Origin: Escherichia coli | Lineage (GTDB): Bacteria; Pseudomonadota; Gammaproteobacteria; Enterobacterales; Enterobacteriaceae | Direction: 5' to 3' (one strand) | Assembly (NCBI RefSeq): GCF_022846255.1 | Contig: NZ_AP025682.1 | Length of the DNA stretch: 64,000 bases | In this document: positions 12,353-22,948 of the stretch, piece after piece | Position numbering within the stretch: position 1 is the first letter of the stretch | Layout: the number at the start of each line of letters is the position of its first letter | Notes under the pieces: generated by a model | The model's input: only the letters and a program-made list of their open reading frames with translations | Databases searched by the model: none | Told to the model about the DNA's origin: nothing | Made by a program: the position numbers and the translations under genes

Positions 12353-13576
12353 TCAATGCGCATGGGTAGCACTTTCAGAGCGCATCCGCTCCAGTGCGCC
12401 AGAAATATTGGCTTCGGAATCAATCAGGAACAGGCCGCTGGAAACCACCTTTTCACCTTCCGCCAGACCAGAGCGTAATGCGGTGACGCCTTGCGATGCC
12501 TGGAAAACGGCAACGCGTTTCGGTACAAAGCGCCCGTCGGCATCAACGGTAATCACCCGCTGTTCGCTGCCGGTATCAATCAGCGCTTGTGACGGAATGA
12601 GCAGCATCGGTTCGCTGGCGGTGTTGAGTTGCAACCAGGCGTTCATTCCCGGCTTTAGCGCCTCGTCGGTGTTGTCGACTTCCAGGCGCAGCTGCAGCGT
12701 GCGGGTTGCGGCATCCACGCCGGGTAGCAGCGTCCATTTGCGGATGGTGAGTGTTTTATCAGGTCGTGCCGGAACGGTGAGCGTAAACTGCGAGGCATCT
12801 TTCACCAGCCAGGCGATGGACTCCGGGATCGCGGCAGTGATCCACACCGGGTCCATACCCTGAATTTTCGCGACCACGTTATCTTTGGCGATATTCATTC
12901 CCGCGCGCAGATCAAACGCGGTGATCACGCCATCAATGGGCGATTTGAGCGTAAAGCGAGTCTGGATTTTTTGCGTGGCGATCAGGCGGCGAATATCCGC
13001 CTCCGGCATTCCCGCCAGTCGCAGTCGCTCAAGAATGCCTTCAGTCTGGGTCGCCGTACCGCCGGTTTCGCGCAGCAGTAAATACTCACTCTGCGCTTCC
13101 ACCCAGTCGGGAATGGTCAGGTCGAGAAGCGGCGCGCCCTTTTGCACTTTATCGCCCACGGTAAGCGGATACACCTTGTCGATAAACCCGGCGGCGCGGG
13201 CCTGCACAATGGCATACTGATACTCGTTGTAACTGACATTCGCCGGGAAACTCTGGGAAAAAGTCAGCGGCCCGCGCGTGACGGTCGCCGTTTTCACCCC
13301 CAGATTCTGCGTCTGAGTCGGGTCAATGCGCACACCAGACGCAGAACTCTCTTCATCGGCATATTTCGGCACCAGATCCATATCCATAAACGGCGATTTC
13401 CCTGGTTTATCGAACCGCGTATTGGGATACATCGGGTCGTACCAGAATAAGACTTTACGTTCTGCGGTCGACGTTTTTTCTGCGGGCGGTTCCTCCTTTG
13501 CAAACCAGGTAAAACCTGCCGCAGAAATAATACCGCCCGCGATCATGCTGCCGATAATAAGCGCGATTTTTTTCAT
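12353..13576 (-). CDS. cusB: Periplasmic adaptor (membrane fusion protein) CusB
   Basis: 407-aa product immediately upstream of cusA. Confidence 0.95.
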   Translation of the reverse strand: MKKIALIIGSMIAGGIISAAGFTWFAKEEPPAEKTSTAERKVLFWYDPMYPNTRFDKPGKSPFMDMDLVPKYADEESSASGVRIDPTQTQNLGVKTATVTRGPLTFSQSFPANVSYNEYQYAIVQARAAGFIDKVYPLTVGDKVQKGAPLLDLTIPDWVEAQSEYLLLRETGGTATQTEGILERLRLAGMPEADIRRLIATQKIQTRFTLKSPIDGVITAFDLRAGMNIAKDNVVAKIQGMDPVWITAAIPESIAWLVKDASQFTLTVPARPDKTLTIRKWTLLPGVDAATRTLQLRLEVDNTDEALKPGMNAWLQLNTASEPMLLIPSQALIDTGSEQRVITVDADGRFVPKRVAVFQASQGVTALRSGLAEGEKVVSSGLFLIDSEANISGALERMRSESATHAH

Positions 13577-13591
13577 CTCATTAAACCTGGG

Positions 13592-13924
13592 TTACTGGCT
13601 GACTTTAATATCCTGTAATAAAGAAAGGCTGCCCTGCTGGACAAAATTAAACGCCACTTTGTCGCCGGTTTTAATTTCGCTCATTTTCGTCTGCGGGGTG
13701 ATGGTAAAGCGCATAGTCATCTCCGGCCAGTTCACGGCAGCAATCGGATCGTGATGGATGGTGATTTTTTTGCTTTCCAGATCAACACCTTTTACCACCC
13801 CAGTGGCGCTAATAACCTGTGGTTGTGCTTCGCTCATGGTTTCATGATGATGTTCGTTAGCCTGGGCATTAAAGCCAATAACGGTAAACAGACTAAACAT
13901 TGCGACTTGCAGTGCTTTTTTCAT
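13592..13924 (-). CDS. cusF: Periplasmic copper chaperone CusF
   Basis: 110 aa with signal peptide and His/Met-rich metal-binding region. Confidence 0.95.
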   Translation of the reverse strand: MKKALQVAMFSLFTVIGFNAQANEHHHETMSEAQPQVISATGVVKGVDLESKKITIHHDPIAAVNWPEMTMRFTITPQTKMSEIKTGDKVAFNFVQQGSLSLLQDIKVSQ

Positions 13925-13947
13925 TTATTCTCTCCTGGAGTTAAAAA

Positions 13948-15330
13948 TTATTGCTGCCAACCGCCCCCTAAGGCGGTATATAAAGAAATTTCGTTAACCT
14001 GACGGGCATAATTCAGGTCAAGTAAAGTTTGTCGGGTTGCAAATAAAGAACGCTCGGCATCCAGCACTTCCAGATAACTTACCGCGCCGTGCTGATATAA
14101 TGCCCGCGCCCGTTGCAAAGTAATTTGCAGCGACGCAAGATAACGCTGCTGGGCGCTGATTTGATCGTTCAGGCTTTGACGTAATGCCAGCGCATCTGCC
14201 ACTTCTTTAAAGGCGTTCTGGATTTTCTGTTCATAATTCACCACCGACTGCTGCTGGCGAATTTCGGCGATATCCAGATTGGCCTGGTTGCGTCCAGCAT
14301 TAAAAATGGGGATCTCAATTTTAGGAATAAAATTCCACATCCCGCTGCTGGCATTAAATAATGACGACAGATCGCTGCTGGCGGTTGATATTCCGCTGGT
14401 CAGGCTGATAGACGGGAAAAATGCCGCACGCGCAGCACCAATATTGGCATTAGCCGCCATTAACGCGTGTTCAGCTTCCATAATATCAGGGCGCTGCAAT
14501 AAGATTTGCGACGACAAGCCCGCCGGTAATTTAACGCTTTGCAGGCTGTCGCTGTTTACTGTCTGCGCTTGCGGCAGCTTGCCGTAGCTTCCCAATAACA
14601 GTTGCAATGCATTATTTGCCTGCGCCAGTTCCCCCTGACGTTTAGCGATGTCGCTGCGGGTACTTTCTATCACCCCGCGAGCCTGTTCCAGCGCCAGAAC
14701 ATTGCTGCTACCGGTCAACAGTTGTTTTTCGACAAACGCATATGACTGCTGATAATTACGCAGCGTTTCTTCGGCTATTTGCAATTGCGCATACGCCAGT
14801 TGCTGATTGAAATAGCTTTGCGCGACATTAGAAACCAGCAAAATATGCACCGCGCGCTGAGCTTCCTCAGTGGCTAAATAATTTTGGCGCTCGGCTTCGC
14901 TCATGTTCTTTAAGCGCCCGAAAAAATCGAGATCAAAGCTGGCGTTAAGGCCAGTCGAGAACTCCCGCGTCGTGGCTGAATCGCCTTTAAGATTGCCGCT
15001 CCAGCTGCCGCTGCCCTCGCCATTGAGCTGTGGGTAGCGGTCGGCATCGGTCAGACGATATTGCGCCCGCGCTTCCTGCACTTTCAGCGCCGCCATGCGC
15101 AAATCCCGGTTATTCACCAACGCCTCGCTAATCAGCGTCTTCACCTGATTATCAACAAAAAAGGTGCGCCAGCCTGCGTTCTGGTAGTTATCTGCTGCGT
15201 TAACCAGGCCGTTCTGGCTGAGTGAGAACTGCTGAGGAACGGGCATTGCCGGACGCTGATAATCCGGTGCCAGTGAACAACCGGTTAGCGCAAGGGCCAC
15301 ACAAAATGGCAGAAGTTTACAAGGAGACAT
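13948..15330 (-). CDS. cusC: Outer-membrane efflux lipoprotein CusC
   Basis: 460-aa ORF with a lipobox (LTGC) and OMF/TolC-family repeats; exact start not verified. Confidence 0.93.
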   Translation of the reverse strand: MSPCKLLPFCVALALTGCSLAPDYQRPAMPVPQQFSLSQNGLVNAADNYQNAGWRTFFVDNQVKTLISEALVNNRDLRMAALKVQEARAQYRLTDADRYPQLNGEGSGSWSGNLKGDSATTREFSTGLNASFDLDFFGRLKNMSEAERQNYLATEEAQRAVHILLVSNVAQSYFNQQLAYAQLQIAEETLRNYQQSYAFVEKQLLTGSSNVLALEQARGVIESTRSDIAKRQGELAQANNALQLLLGSYGKLPQAQTVNSDSLQSVKLPAGLSSQILLQRPDIMEAEHALMAANANIGAARAAFFPSISLTSGISTASSDLSSLFNASSGMWNFIPKIEIPIFNAGRNQANLDIAEIRQQQSVVNYEQKIQNAFKEVADALALRQSLNDQISAQQRYLASLQITLQRARALYQHGAVSYLEVLDAERSLFATRQTLLDLNYARQVNEISLYTALGGGWQQ

Positions 15331-15399
15331 AGGCTCATAATTTCTGGTGATTTTATGCTGCCAACTTTACTCGCCAGGCTCTGATTTTCCGGTGACAGG

Positions 15400-15421
15400 A
15401 AAATGACAAAATTGTCATTTT
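15400..15421. promoter_or_regulatory. CusR box: perfect 22-bp palindrome AAAATGACAAAATTGTCATTTT in the cusC-cusR divergent promoter region
   Basis: Palindrome seen directly; matches the described CusR operator between cusC and cusR. Confidence 0.85.
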
Positions 15422-15486
15422 GCCAATAAGCGATTGCCATCTGATCCCGCTACTCTAGAATTGCCCGGGCAACATGCGGAGGAAAT

Positions 15487-16170
15487 ATGAAACTGTTGAT
15501 TGTCGAAGATGAAAAGAAAACCGGAGAATACTTGACCAAAGGGTTAACCGAAGCCGGTTTTGTGGTCGATTTGGCCGACAACGGGCTGAATGGCTACCAT
15601 CTGGCGATGACCGGTGATTATGATCTGATAATCCTCGATATTATGCTGCCGGACGTGAACGGCTGGGATATCGTGCGCATGTTGCGTTCCGCCAATAAGG
15701 GGATGCCGATTCTGTTGCTTACCGCGCTTGGCACCATTGAACATCGCGTCAAGGGGCTGGAGTTGGGGGCGGATGACTATCTGGTGAAGCCGTTCGCTTT
15801 TGCTGAACTGCTGGCGCGGGTGCGCACTCTACTGCGGCGCGGGGCGGCGGTGATTATCGAAAGTCAGTTTCAGGTTGCCGATCTGATGGTCGATCTCGTC
15901 AGCCGCAAAGTCACCCGCAGCGGCACGCGCATCACTCTGACCAGTAAAGAATTTACTCTGCTGGAGTTTTTCCTCCGCCATCAGGGCGAAGTGCTGCCCC
16001 GCTCGCTTATCGCCTCGCAGGTATGGGACATGAATTTTGACAGCGATACCAACGCCATTGATGTGGCGGTGAAGCGGCTGCGCGGCAAAATCGACAACGA
16101 CTTTGAGCCAAAGTTGATTCAGACCGTGCGCGGCGTGGGTTACATGCTAGAGGTGCCGGATGGTCAGTAA
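15487..16170 (+). CDS. cusR: Response regulator CusR (OmpR family)
   Basis: 227 aa with receiver and winged-helix domains. Confidence 0.95.
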
Positions 16171-17602
16171 GCCATTTCAGCGCCCGTTTTCGCTGGCAAC
16201 CCGCCTGACCTTTTTTATCAGCCTCGCCACCATCGCGGCGTTTTTCGCCTTTGCATGGATCATGATCCACTCGGTAAAAGTGCATTTTGCCGAGCAGGAT
16301 ATTAATGATTTAAAGGAGATTAGCGCCACCCTTGAACGGGTACTTAATCACCCTGACGAAACGCAAGCCCGACGCTTAATGACGCTGGAAGATATCGTCA
16401 GTGGTTATTCCAATGTGTTGATCTCCCTGGCAAATAGCCACGGTAAAACGGTGTATCACTCCCCAGGTGCGCCGGATATCCGCGAGTTTACGCGTGACGC
16501 CATACCCGATAAAGACGCGCAGGCTGGCGAGGTGTATCTCCTTTCCGGCCCGACGATGATGATGCCAGGGCACGGTCACGGGCATATGGAACACAGCAAC
16601 TGGCGGATGATTAACTTGCCGGTTGGCCCGCTGGTTGACGGCAAACCGATTTATACGCTCTACATCGCGCTTTCGATCGATTTTCATCTTCATTACATCA
16701 ATGATTTGATGAATAAACTTATTATGACCGCATCGGTAATCAGCATCCTGATCGTCTTTATCGTGCTGTTGGCGGTATATAAAGGTCATGCGCCGATCCG
16801 CAGCGTCAGCCGTCAAATCCAGAATATCACCTCGAAAGATCTCGACGTTCGCCTTGACCCGCAGACCGTGCCCATTGAGCTGGAACAGCTGGTACTGTCG
16901 TTCAACCATATGATCGAGCGTATTGAGGATGTCTTTACCCGCCAGTCCAATTTCTCAGCGGATATAGCCCACGAAATTCGCACACCTATTACTAATCTCA
17001 TTACGCAAACGGAAATCGCCCTCAGCCAGTCGCGCAGCCAGAAGGAGCTGGAAGATGTGCTCTACTCTAATCTCGAAGAGCTGACGCGAATGGCGAAAAT
17101 GGTCAGCGATATGCTGTTTCTTGCTCAGGCCGATAACAACCAGCTAATCCCCGAAAAGAAAATGCTCAACCTGGCGGATGAAGTCGGCAAAGTGTTCGAT
17201 TTTTTCGAGGCGTTAGCAGAAGATCGCTGCGTGGAGCTGCGGTTTGTTGGCGACGAGTGTCAGGTTGCGGGCGATCCGCTGATGCTGCGTCGGGCGTTAA
17301 GCAACCTGCTTTCTAATGCCCTGCGTTATACGCCAACCGGAGAGACAATTGTCGTGCGCTGCCAGACGGTCGATCACCTGGTGCAAGTTACCGTCGAAAA
17401 CCCCGGTACGCCCATTGCGCCCGAACACTTACCGCGATTGTTTGACCGTTTCTACCGCATTGATCCTTCCCGCCAGCGAAAAGGCGAAGGTAGCGGCATT
17501 GGTCTGGCGATAGTGAAATCGATTGTTGTCGCGCATAAAGGCACTGTTACAGTAACGTCAGATGCACGGGGGACAAGGTTTGTTATCATATTACCCGCTT
17601 AA
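16160..17602 (+). CDS. cusS: Sensor histidine kinase CusS
   Basis: 480 aa; overlaps the cusR stop by 11 nt; HAMP and HisKA/HATPase motifs. Confidence 0.95.
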
Positions 17603-17751
17603 TCCTTCAGCAAACGGCAACTTTTATAACCAGTGTAAAAATAACATGCCGCAATAGTAATACCTATTAATGATAAAAAGCTGTCACAATTCATAAAAAA
17701 CCTTAATATACGCCACCCTAAACATAACCAGCGTTAATGTAAGGTTTTTGT

Positions 17752-19989
17752 GTGGACTGGCTTCTTGATGTTTTTGCTACCTGGCTCTACGGCTTAAAAG
17801 TAATCGCGATAACGTTAGCGGTCATTATGTTCATCAGCGGGCTGGACGATTTTTTTATTGATGTCGTCTACTGGGTACGCCGCATTAAACGCAAGTTGAG
17901 TGTTTATCGCCGCTACCCGCGAATGAGTTACCGCGAACTGTATAAACCAGATGAAAAACCGTTAGCGATTATGGTTCCGGCGTGGAATGAAACGGGCGTC
18001 ATCGGCAATATGGCCGAGCTGGCGGCGACCACGCTCGACTACGAAAACTATCATATCTTTGTTGGCACCTACCCCAACGACCCCGATACTCAGCGTGATG
18101 TTGACGAAGTGTGCGCTCGCTTCCCGAACGTGCATAAGGTAGTCTGCGCGCGTCCTGGCCCCACCAGCAAAGCCGACTGTCTGAACAACGTGCTGGACGC
18201 CATCACCCAATTTGAACGTAGCGCCAATTTCGCTTTTGCTGGTTTTATTCTGCATGACGCCGAAGATGTGATTTCACCGATGGAATTGCGTCTGTTCAAC
18301 TATCTGGTCGAGCGTAAAGATCTGATTCAGATCCCAGTGTATCCGTTCGAACGCGAATGGACGCACTTCACCAGCATGACCTACATTGATGAGTTTTCAG
18401 AACTGCATGGCAAAGATGTTCCGGTGCGTGAAGCCCTCGCCGGACAGGTGCCCAGCGCAGGCGTCGGCACCTGTTTCAGCCGCCGCGCCGTGACCGCACT
18501 GTTAGCTGACGGTGACGGTATTGCTTTCGACGTGCAGAGTCTGACTGAAGATTACGACATTGGCTTCCGCCTGAAAGAGAAAGGTATGACGGAAATTTTT
18601 GTCCGTTTTCCGGTGGTGGACGAAGCCAAAGAACGCGAGCAGCGTAAATTTTTACAGCATGCGCGGACGTCAAACATGATCTGCGTGCGCGAATATTTCC
18701 CCGATACCTTTTCGACTGCGGTTCGGCAAAAATCTCGCTGGATCATCGGCATTGTTTTCCAGGGCTTTAAAACCCACAAATGGACCTCCAGCCTGACGCT
18801 GAACTACTTTCTCTGGCGCGACCGCAAAGGGGCAATCAGTAACTTTGTCAGCTTCCTCGCGATGCTGGTGATGATCCAGCTTTTGCTGTTGCTGGCGTAT
18901 GAAAGTTTGTGGCCCGATGCCTGGCATTTCCTTTCTATTTTCAGCGGCAGCGCATGGTTAATGACTCTGCTGTGGCTAAACTTTGGCTTGATGATTAACC
19001 GCATCGTGCAGCGGGTGATTTTCGTTACTGGCTACTACGGCCTGACGCAGGGGCTGCTATCTGTCCTGCGTCTTTTCTGGGGCAACCTGATTAACTTCAT
19101 GGCCAACTGGCGCGCGTTAAAACAGGTACTTCAACACGGCGATCCACGTCGCGTCGCGTGGGATAAAACAACGCATGACTTCCCCAGCGTGACTGGCGAT
19201 ACCCGCTCGTTGCGTCCGTTAGGTCAAATCCTGCTGGAAAATCAGGTCATCACTGAAGAACAACTCGATACAGCACTGCGTAATCGCGTCGAAGGTCTAC
19301 GCCTGGGCGGTTCAATGCTGATGCAGGGGCTGATTAGCGCCGAGCAACTGGCACAGGCGCTGGCAGAGCAAAACGGCGTGGCGTGGGAATCCATCGATGC
19401 CTGGCAGATCCCTTCCTCGCTGATTGCCGAAATGCCGGCCTCCGTGGCGTTGCATTATGCGGTACTGCCGCTGCGTCTGGACAATGATGAGTTAATTGTC
19501 GGCAGTGAAGATGGTATTGACCCGGTTTCGCTGGCGGCCCTGACGCGTAAAGTCGGACGCAAAGTGCGTTACGTCATTGTTCTGCGGGGACAAATTGTCA
19601 CCGGATTACGCCACTGGTATGCACGCCGACGCGGTCACGATCCGCGGGCAATGTTGTACAATGCAGTTCAGCATCAGTGGCTCACGGAACAGCAGGCCGG
19701 TGAAATCTGGCGGCAATATGTGCCGCATCAGTTCCTGTTCGCAGAAATACTGACCACGCTCGGTCATATTAATCGTTCAGCAATTAACGTGTTGTTATTG
19801 CGCCATGAACGCAGTTCTCTGCCGCTCGGCAAGTTTTTGGTCACCGAAGGCGTTATCAGCCAGGAAACGTTGGATCGCGTCCTGACAATTCAACGCGAAT
19901 TACAAGTTTCGATGCAATCACTATTACTCAAAGCAGGTTTAAACACTGAACAGGTTGCACAACTGGAGTCCGAAAATGAAGGAGAATAA
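17752..19989 (+). CDS. nfrB: NfrB, inner-membrane glycosyltransferase-family protein required for phage N4 adsorption
   Basis: 745 aa; GT2-like N-terminal region and C-terminal soluble domain. Confidence 0.93.
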   Translation: MDWLLDVFATWLYGLKVIAITLAVIMFISGLDDFFIDVVYWVRRIKRKLSVYRRYPRMSYRELYKPDEKPLAIMVPAWNETGVIGNMAELAATTLDYENYHIFVGTYPNDPDTQRDVDEVCARFPNVHKVVCARPGPTSKADCLNNVLDAITQFERSANFAFAGFILHDAEDVISPMELRLFNYLVERKDLIQIPVYPFEREWTHFTSMTYIDEFSELHGKDVPVREALAGQVPSAGVGTCFSRRAVTALLADGDGIAFDVQSLTEDYDIGFRLKEKGMTEIFVRFPVVDEAKEREQRKFLQHARTSNMICVREYFPDTFSTAVRQKSRWIIGIVFQGFKTHKWTSSLTLNYFLWRDRKGAISNFVSFLAMLVMIQLLLLLAYESLWPDAWHFLSIFSGSAWLMTLLWLNFGLMINRIVQRVIFVTGYYGLTQGLLSVLRLFWGNLINFMANWRALKQVLQHGDPRRVAWDKTTHDFPSVTGDTRSLRPLGQILLENQVITEEQLDTALRNRVEGLRLGGSMLMQGLISAEQLAQALAEQNGVAWESIDAWQIPSSLIAEMPASVALHYAVLPLRLDNDELIVGSEDGIDPVSLAALTRKVGRKVRYVIVLRGQIVTGLRHWYARRRGHDPRAMLYNAVQHQWLTEQQAGEIWRQYVPHQFLFAEILTTLGHINRSAINVLLLRHERSSLPLGKFLVTEGVISQETLDRVLTIQRELQVSMQSLLLKAGLNTEQVAQLESENEGE

Positions 19990-22948
19990 CCTTAATCGCG
20001 TCATCGGATGGTCTGGTTTACTGCTGACATCTTTATTGAGTACCAGCGCACTCGCAGACAATATCGGCACCAGCGCAGAAGAGCTGGGGCTGAGCGATTA
20101 TCGCCATTTTGTTATTTATCCCCGTCTCGATAAGGCGCTGAAGGCACAGAAAAATAACGACGAAGCAACCGCCATCCGCGAATTTGAATATATACACCAG
20201 CAGGTGCCGGATAATATTCCGCTGACTTTATACCTTGCGGAAGCCTATCGCCATTTTGGTCATGATGACCGGGCGCGGCTGTTGCTTGAGGATCAACTGA
20301 AACGTCACCCTGGAGATGATCGGCTTGAGCGCAGTCTGGCGGCTATTCCTGTTGAAGTGAAAAGCGTTACGACTGTTGAAGAACTGCTTGCCCAGCAAAA
20401 AGCGTGCGATGCTGCGCCGACCCTGCGTTGTCGCAGTGAAGTCGGGCAGAATGCCCTGCGGCTGGCACAATTACCTGTCGCCAGAGCGCAACTGAACGAT
20501 GCGACGTTTGCTGCATCGCCGGAAGGAAAAACGCTGCGAACCGATCTGCTGCAACGCGCAATCTACCTGAAACAATGGTCCCAGGCAGATACGCTATACA
20601 ATGAAGCACGCCAGCAGAACACATTAAGCGCGGCAGAACGCCGTCAGTGGTTTGACGTGCTTCTTGCCGGGCAGCTGGACGATCGGATCCTGGCGCTGCA
20701 ATCACAGGGGATCTTCACCGATCCTCAGTCATATATTACTTACGCGACCGCGCTGGCTTATCGTGGCGAAAAAGCACGCCTCCAGCATTATCTCATTGAA
20801 AATAAGCCGCTGTTTACCACGGACGCACAAGAGAAAAGTTGGCTCTATCTGTTATCTAAATACAGCGCCAACCCCGTTCAGGCGTTGGCGAATTATACGG
20901 TACAGTTTGCCGACAACCGCCAGTATGTTGTTGGCGCGACGCTACCGGTGCTGTTAAAAGAAGGTCAGTACGGCGCAGCGCAAAAACTGCTCGCCACCCT
21001 CCCCGCCAATGAAATGCTTGAGGAGCGTTATACCGTTAGCGTAGCGACCCATAACAAGGCTGAAGCTCTGCGTCTGGCACGATTGCTGTATCAGCAAGAA
21101 CCGGCAAATCTTACCCGCCTGGATCAACTGACCTGGCAACTGATGCAGAACGAACAGTCACGCGAAGCTGCCGATTTATTGCTGCAACGCTATCCTTTCC
21201 AGGGCGATGCGCGTGTCAGCCAGACTTTAATGGCGCGACTGGCGTCTCTGCTGGAAAGTCATCCTTACCTGGCAACGCCGGCGAAGGTGGCGATTTTATC
21301 GAAACCCTTACCGCTGGCGGAGCAACGTCAGTGGCAAAGTCAGTTGCCGGGTATTGCAGATAATTGCCCGGCAATAGTTCGCTTGCTGGGCGATATGTCG
21401 CCTTCCTACGATGCCGCCGCCTGGAACCGTCTGGCAAAGTGTTATCGGGACACGCTACCCGGTGTGGCGTTGTATGCATGGCTTCAGGCCGAACAACGAC
21501 AACCGAACGCCTGGCAACATCGTGCGGTAGCCTATCAGGCGTATCAGGTTGAGGACTACGCCACCGCACTGGCGGCATGGCAGAAAATCAGTCTTCACGA
21601 CATGAGCAATGAGGATCTGCTTGCTGCTGCCAATACCGCCCAGGCGGCAGGAAATGGTGCGGCTCGCGATCGCTGGCTTCAGCAGGCAGAACAACGTGGG
21701 CTGGGAAACAATGCCCTCTACTGGTGGCTGCATGCGCAACGTTACATTCATGGTCAGCCGGAACTCGCACTGAACGATCTCACGCGCTCAATCAATATTG
21801 CGCCTTCTGCCAACGCTTACGTTGCGCGGGCAACAATTTATCGCCAACGTCATAATATCCCGGCGGCGGTGAGTGATTTGCGCGCCGCGCTGGAACTGGA
21901 ACCGAATAATAGCAACACCCAGGCAGCGCTTGGTTACGCCTTGTGGGATAGCGGTGATATCGCACAGTCGCGGGAAATGCTCGAACAGGCGCATAAAGGG
22001 CTACCGGACGATCCGGCACTTATCCGACAACTGGCCTACGTGAACCAGCGTCTGGATGACATGCCTGCGACGCAGCACTACGCCCGGCTGGTGATTGATG
22101 ACATTGATAATCAGGCGCTGATAACCCCACTGACCCCAGAGCAAAATCAGCAACGCTTCAATTTCCGCCGTCTGCATGAGGAGGTCGGTCGCCGCTGGAC
22201 GTTCAGTTTCGATTCTTCTATCGGCTTGCGTTCCGGCGCAATGAGTACCGCTAACAATAATGTCGGCGGCGCAGCGCCAGGGAAAAGCTATCGTAGCTAC
22301 GGGCAACTGGAAGCCGAGTATCGCATCGGACGCAATATGCTGCTGGAAGGCGACCTGCTCTCGGTTTACAGCCGTGTATTTGCCGATACCGGAGAAAACG
22401 GGGTGATGATGCCGGTGAAAAATCCGATGTCCGGCACCGGTCTGCGCTGGAAGCCGCTGCGCGATCAGATCTTTTTCCTCACCGTCGAACAGCAGTTGCC
22501 GCTGAACGGCCAAAATGGTGCATCCGATACCATGCTGCGCGCCAGCGCCTCATTCTTTAATGGCGGCAAATACAGCGACGAATGGCACCCGAACGGTTCA
22601 GGCTGGTTTGCCCAAAACCTGTACCTCGATGCAGCGCAATATATCCGCCAGGATATTCAGGCGTGGACGGCAGATTATCGCGTCAGCTGGCATCAGAAGG
22701 TAGCTAACGGACAGACTATTGAGCCTTACGCTCACGTTCAGGACAACGGCTATCGTGATAAAGGCACTCAGGGCGCGCAGCTTGGCGGTGTCGGGGTCCG
22801 CTGGAATATCTGGACCGGCGAGACGCACTACGACGCCTGGCCGCACAAAGTCAGTCTCGGCGTCGAGTATCAACATACCTTTAAGGCGATTAATCAACGT
22901 AACGGAGAGCGCAACAATGCGTTTCTCACCATTGGAGTGCACTGGTAA
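19976..22948 (+). CDS. nfrA: NfrA, outer-membrane phage N4 receptor (TPR-rich)
   Basis: Start at ATG 19976 (MKENNLNRVIGWSGL...), overlapping the nfrB 3' end by 14 nt; the ORF track starts 7 codons earlier. Confidence 0.92.
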   Translation: MKENNLNRVIGWSGLLLTSLLSTSALADNIGTSAEELGLSDYRHFVIYPRLDKALKAQKNNDEATAIREFEYIHQQVPDNIPLTLYLAEAYRHFGHDDRARLLLEDQLKRHPGDDRLERSLAAIPVEVKSVTTVEELLAQQKACDAAPTLRCRSEVGQNALRLAQLPVARAQLNDATFAASPEGKTLRTDLLQRAIYLKQWSQADTLYNEARQQNTLSAAERRQWFDVLLAGQLDDRILALQSQGIFTDPQSYITYATALAYRGEKARLQHYLIENKPLFTTDAQEKSWLYLLSKYSANPVQALANYTVQFADNRQYVVGATLPVLLKEGQYGAAQKLLATLPANEMLEERYTVSVATHNKAEALRLARLLYQQEPANLTRLDQLTWQLMQNEQSREAADLLLQRYPFQGDARVSQTLMARLASLLESHPYLATPAKVAILSKPLPLAEQRQWQSQLPGIADNCPAIVRLLGDMSPSYDAAAWNRLAKCYRDTLPGVALYAWLQAEQRQPNAWQHRAVAYQAYQVEDYATALAAWQKISLHDMSNEDLLAAANTAQAAGNGAARDRWLQQAEQRGLGNNALYWWLHAQRYIHGQPELALNDLTRSINIAPSANAYVARATIYRQRHNIPAAVSDLRAALELEPNNSNTQAALGYALWDSGDIAQSREMLEQAHKGLPDDPALIRQLAYVNQRLDDMPATQHYARLVIDDIDNQALITPLTPEQNQQRFNFRRLHEEVGRRWTFSFDSSIGLRSGAMSTANNNVGGAAPGKSYRSYGQLEAEYRIGRNMLLEGDLLSVYSRVFADTGENGVMMPVKNPMSGTGLRWKPLRDQIFFLTVEQQLPLNGQNGASDTMLRASASFFNGGKYSDEWHPNGSGWFAQNLYLDAAQYIRQDIQAWTADYRVSWHQKVANGQTIEPYAHVQDNGYRDKGTQGAQLGGVGVRWNIWTGETHYDAWPHKVSLGVEYQHTFKAINQRNGERNNAFLTIGVHW

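Noticed and set aside
12165-12863. 232-aa ORF antisense to cusB / cusA 5' end
   Set aside because: Shadow ORF inside confirmed genes.
22001-22513. 170-aa reverse ORF inside nfrA
   Set aside because: Antisense shadow ORF.
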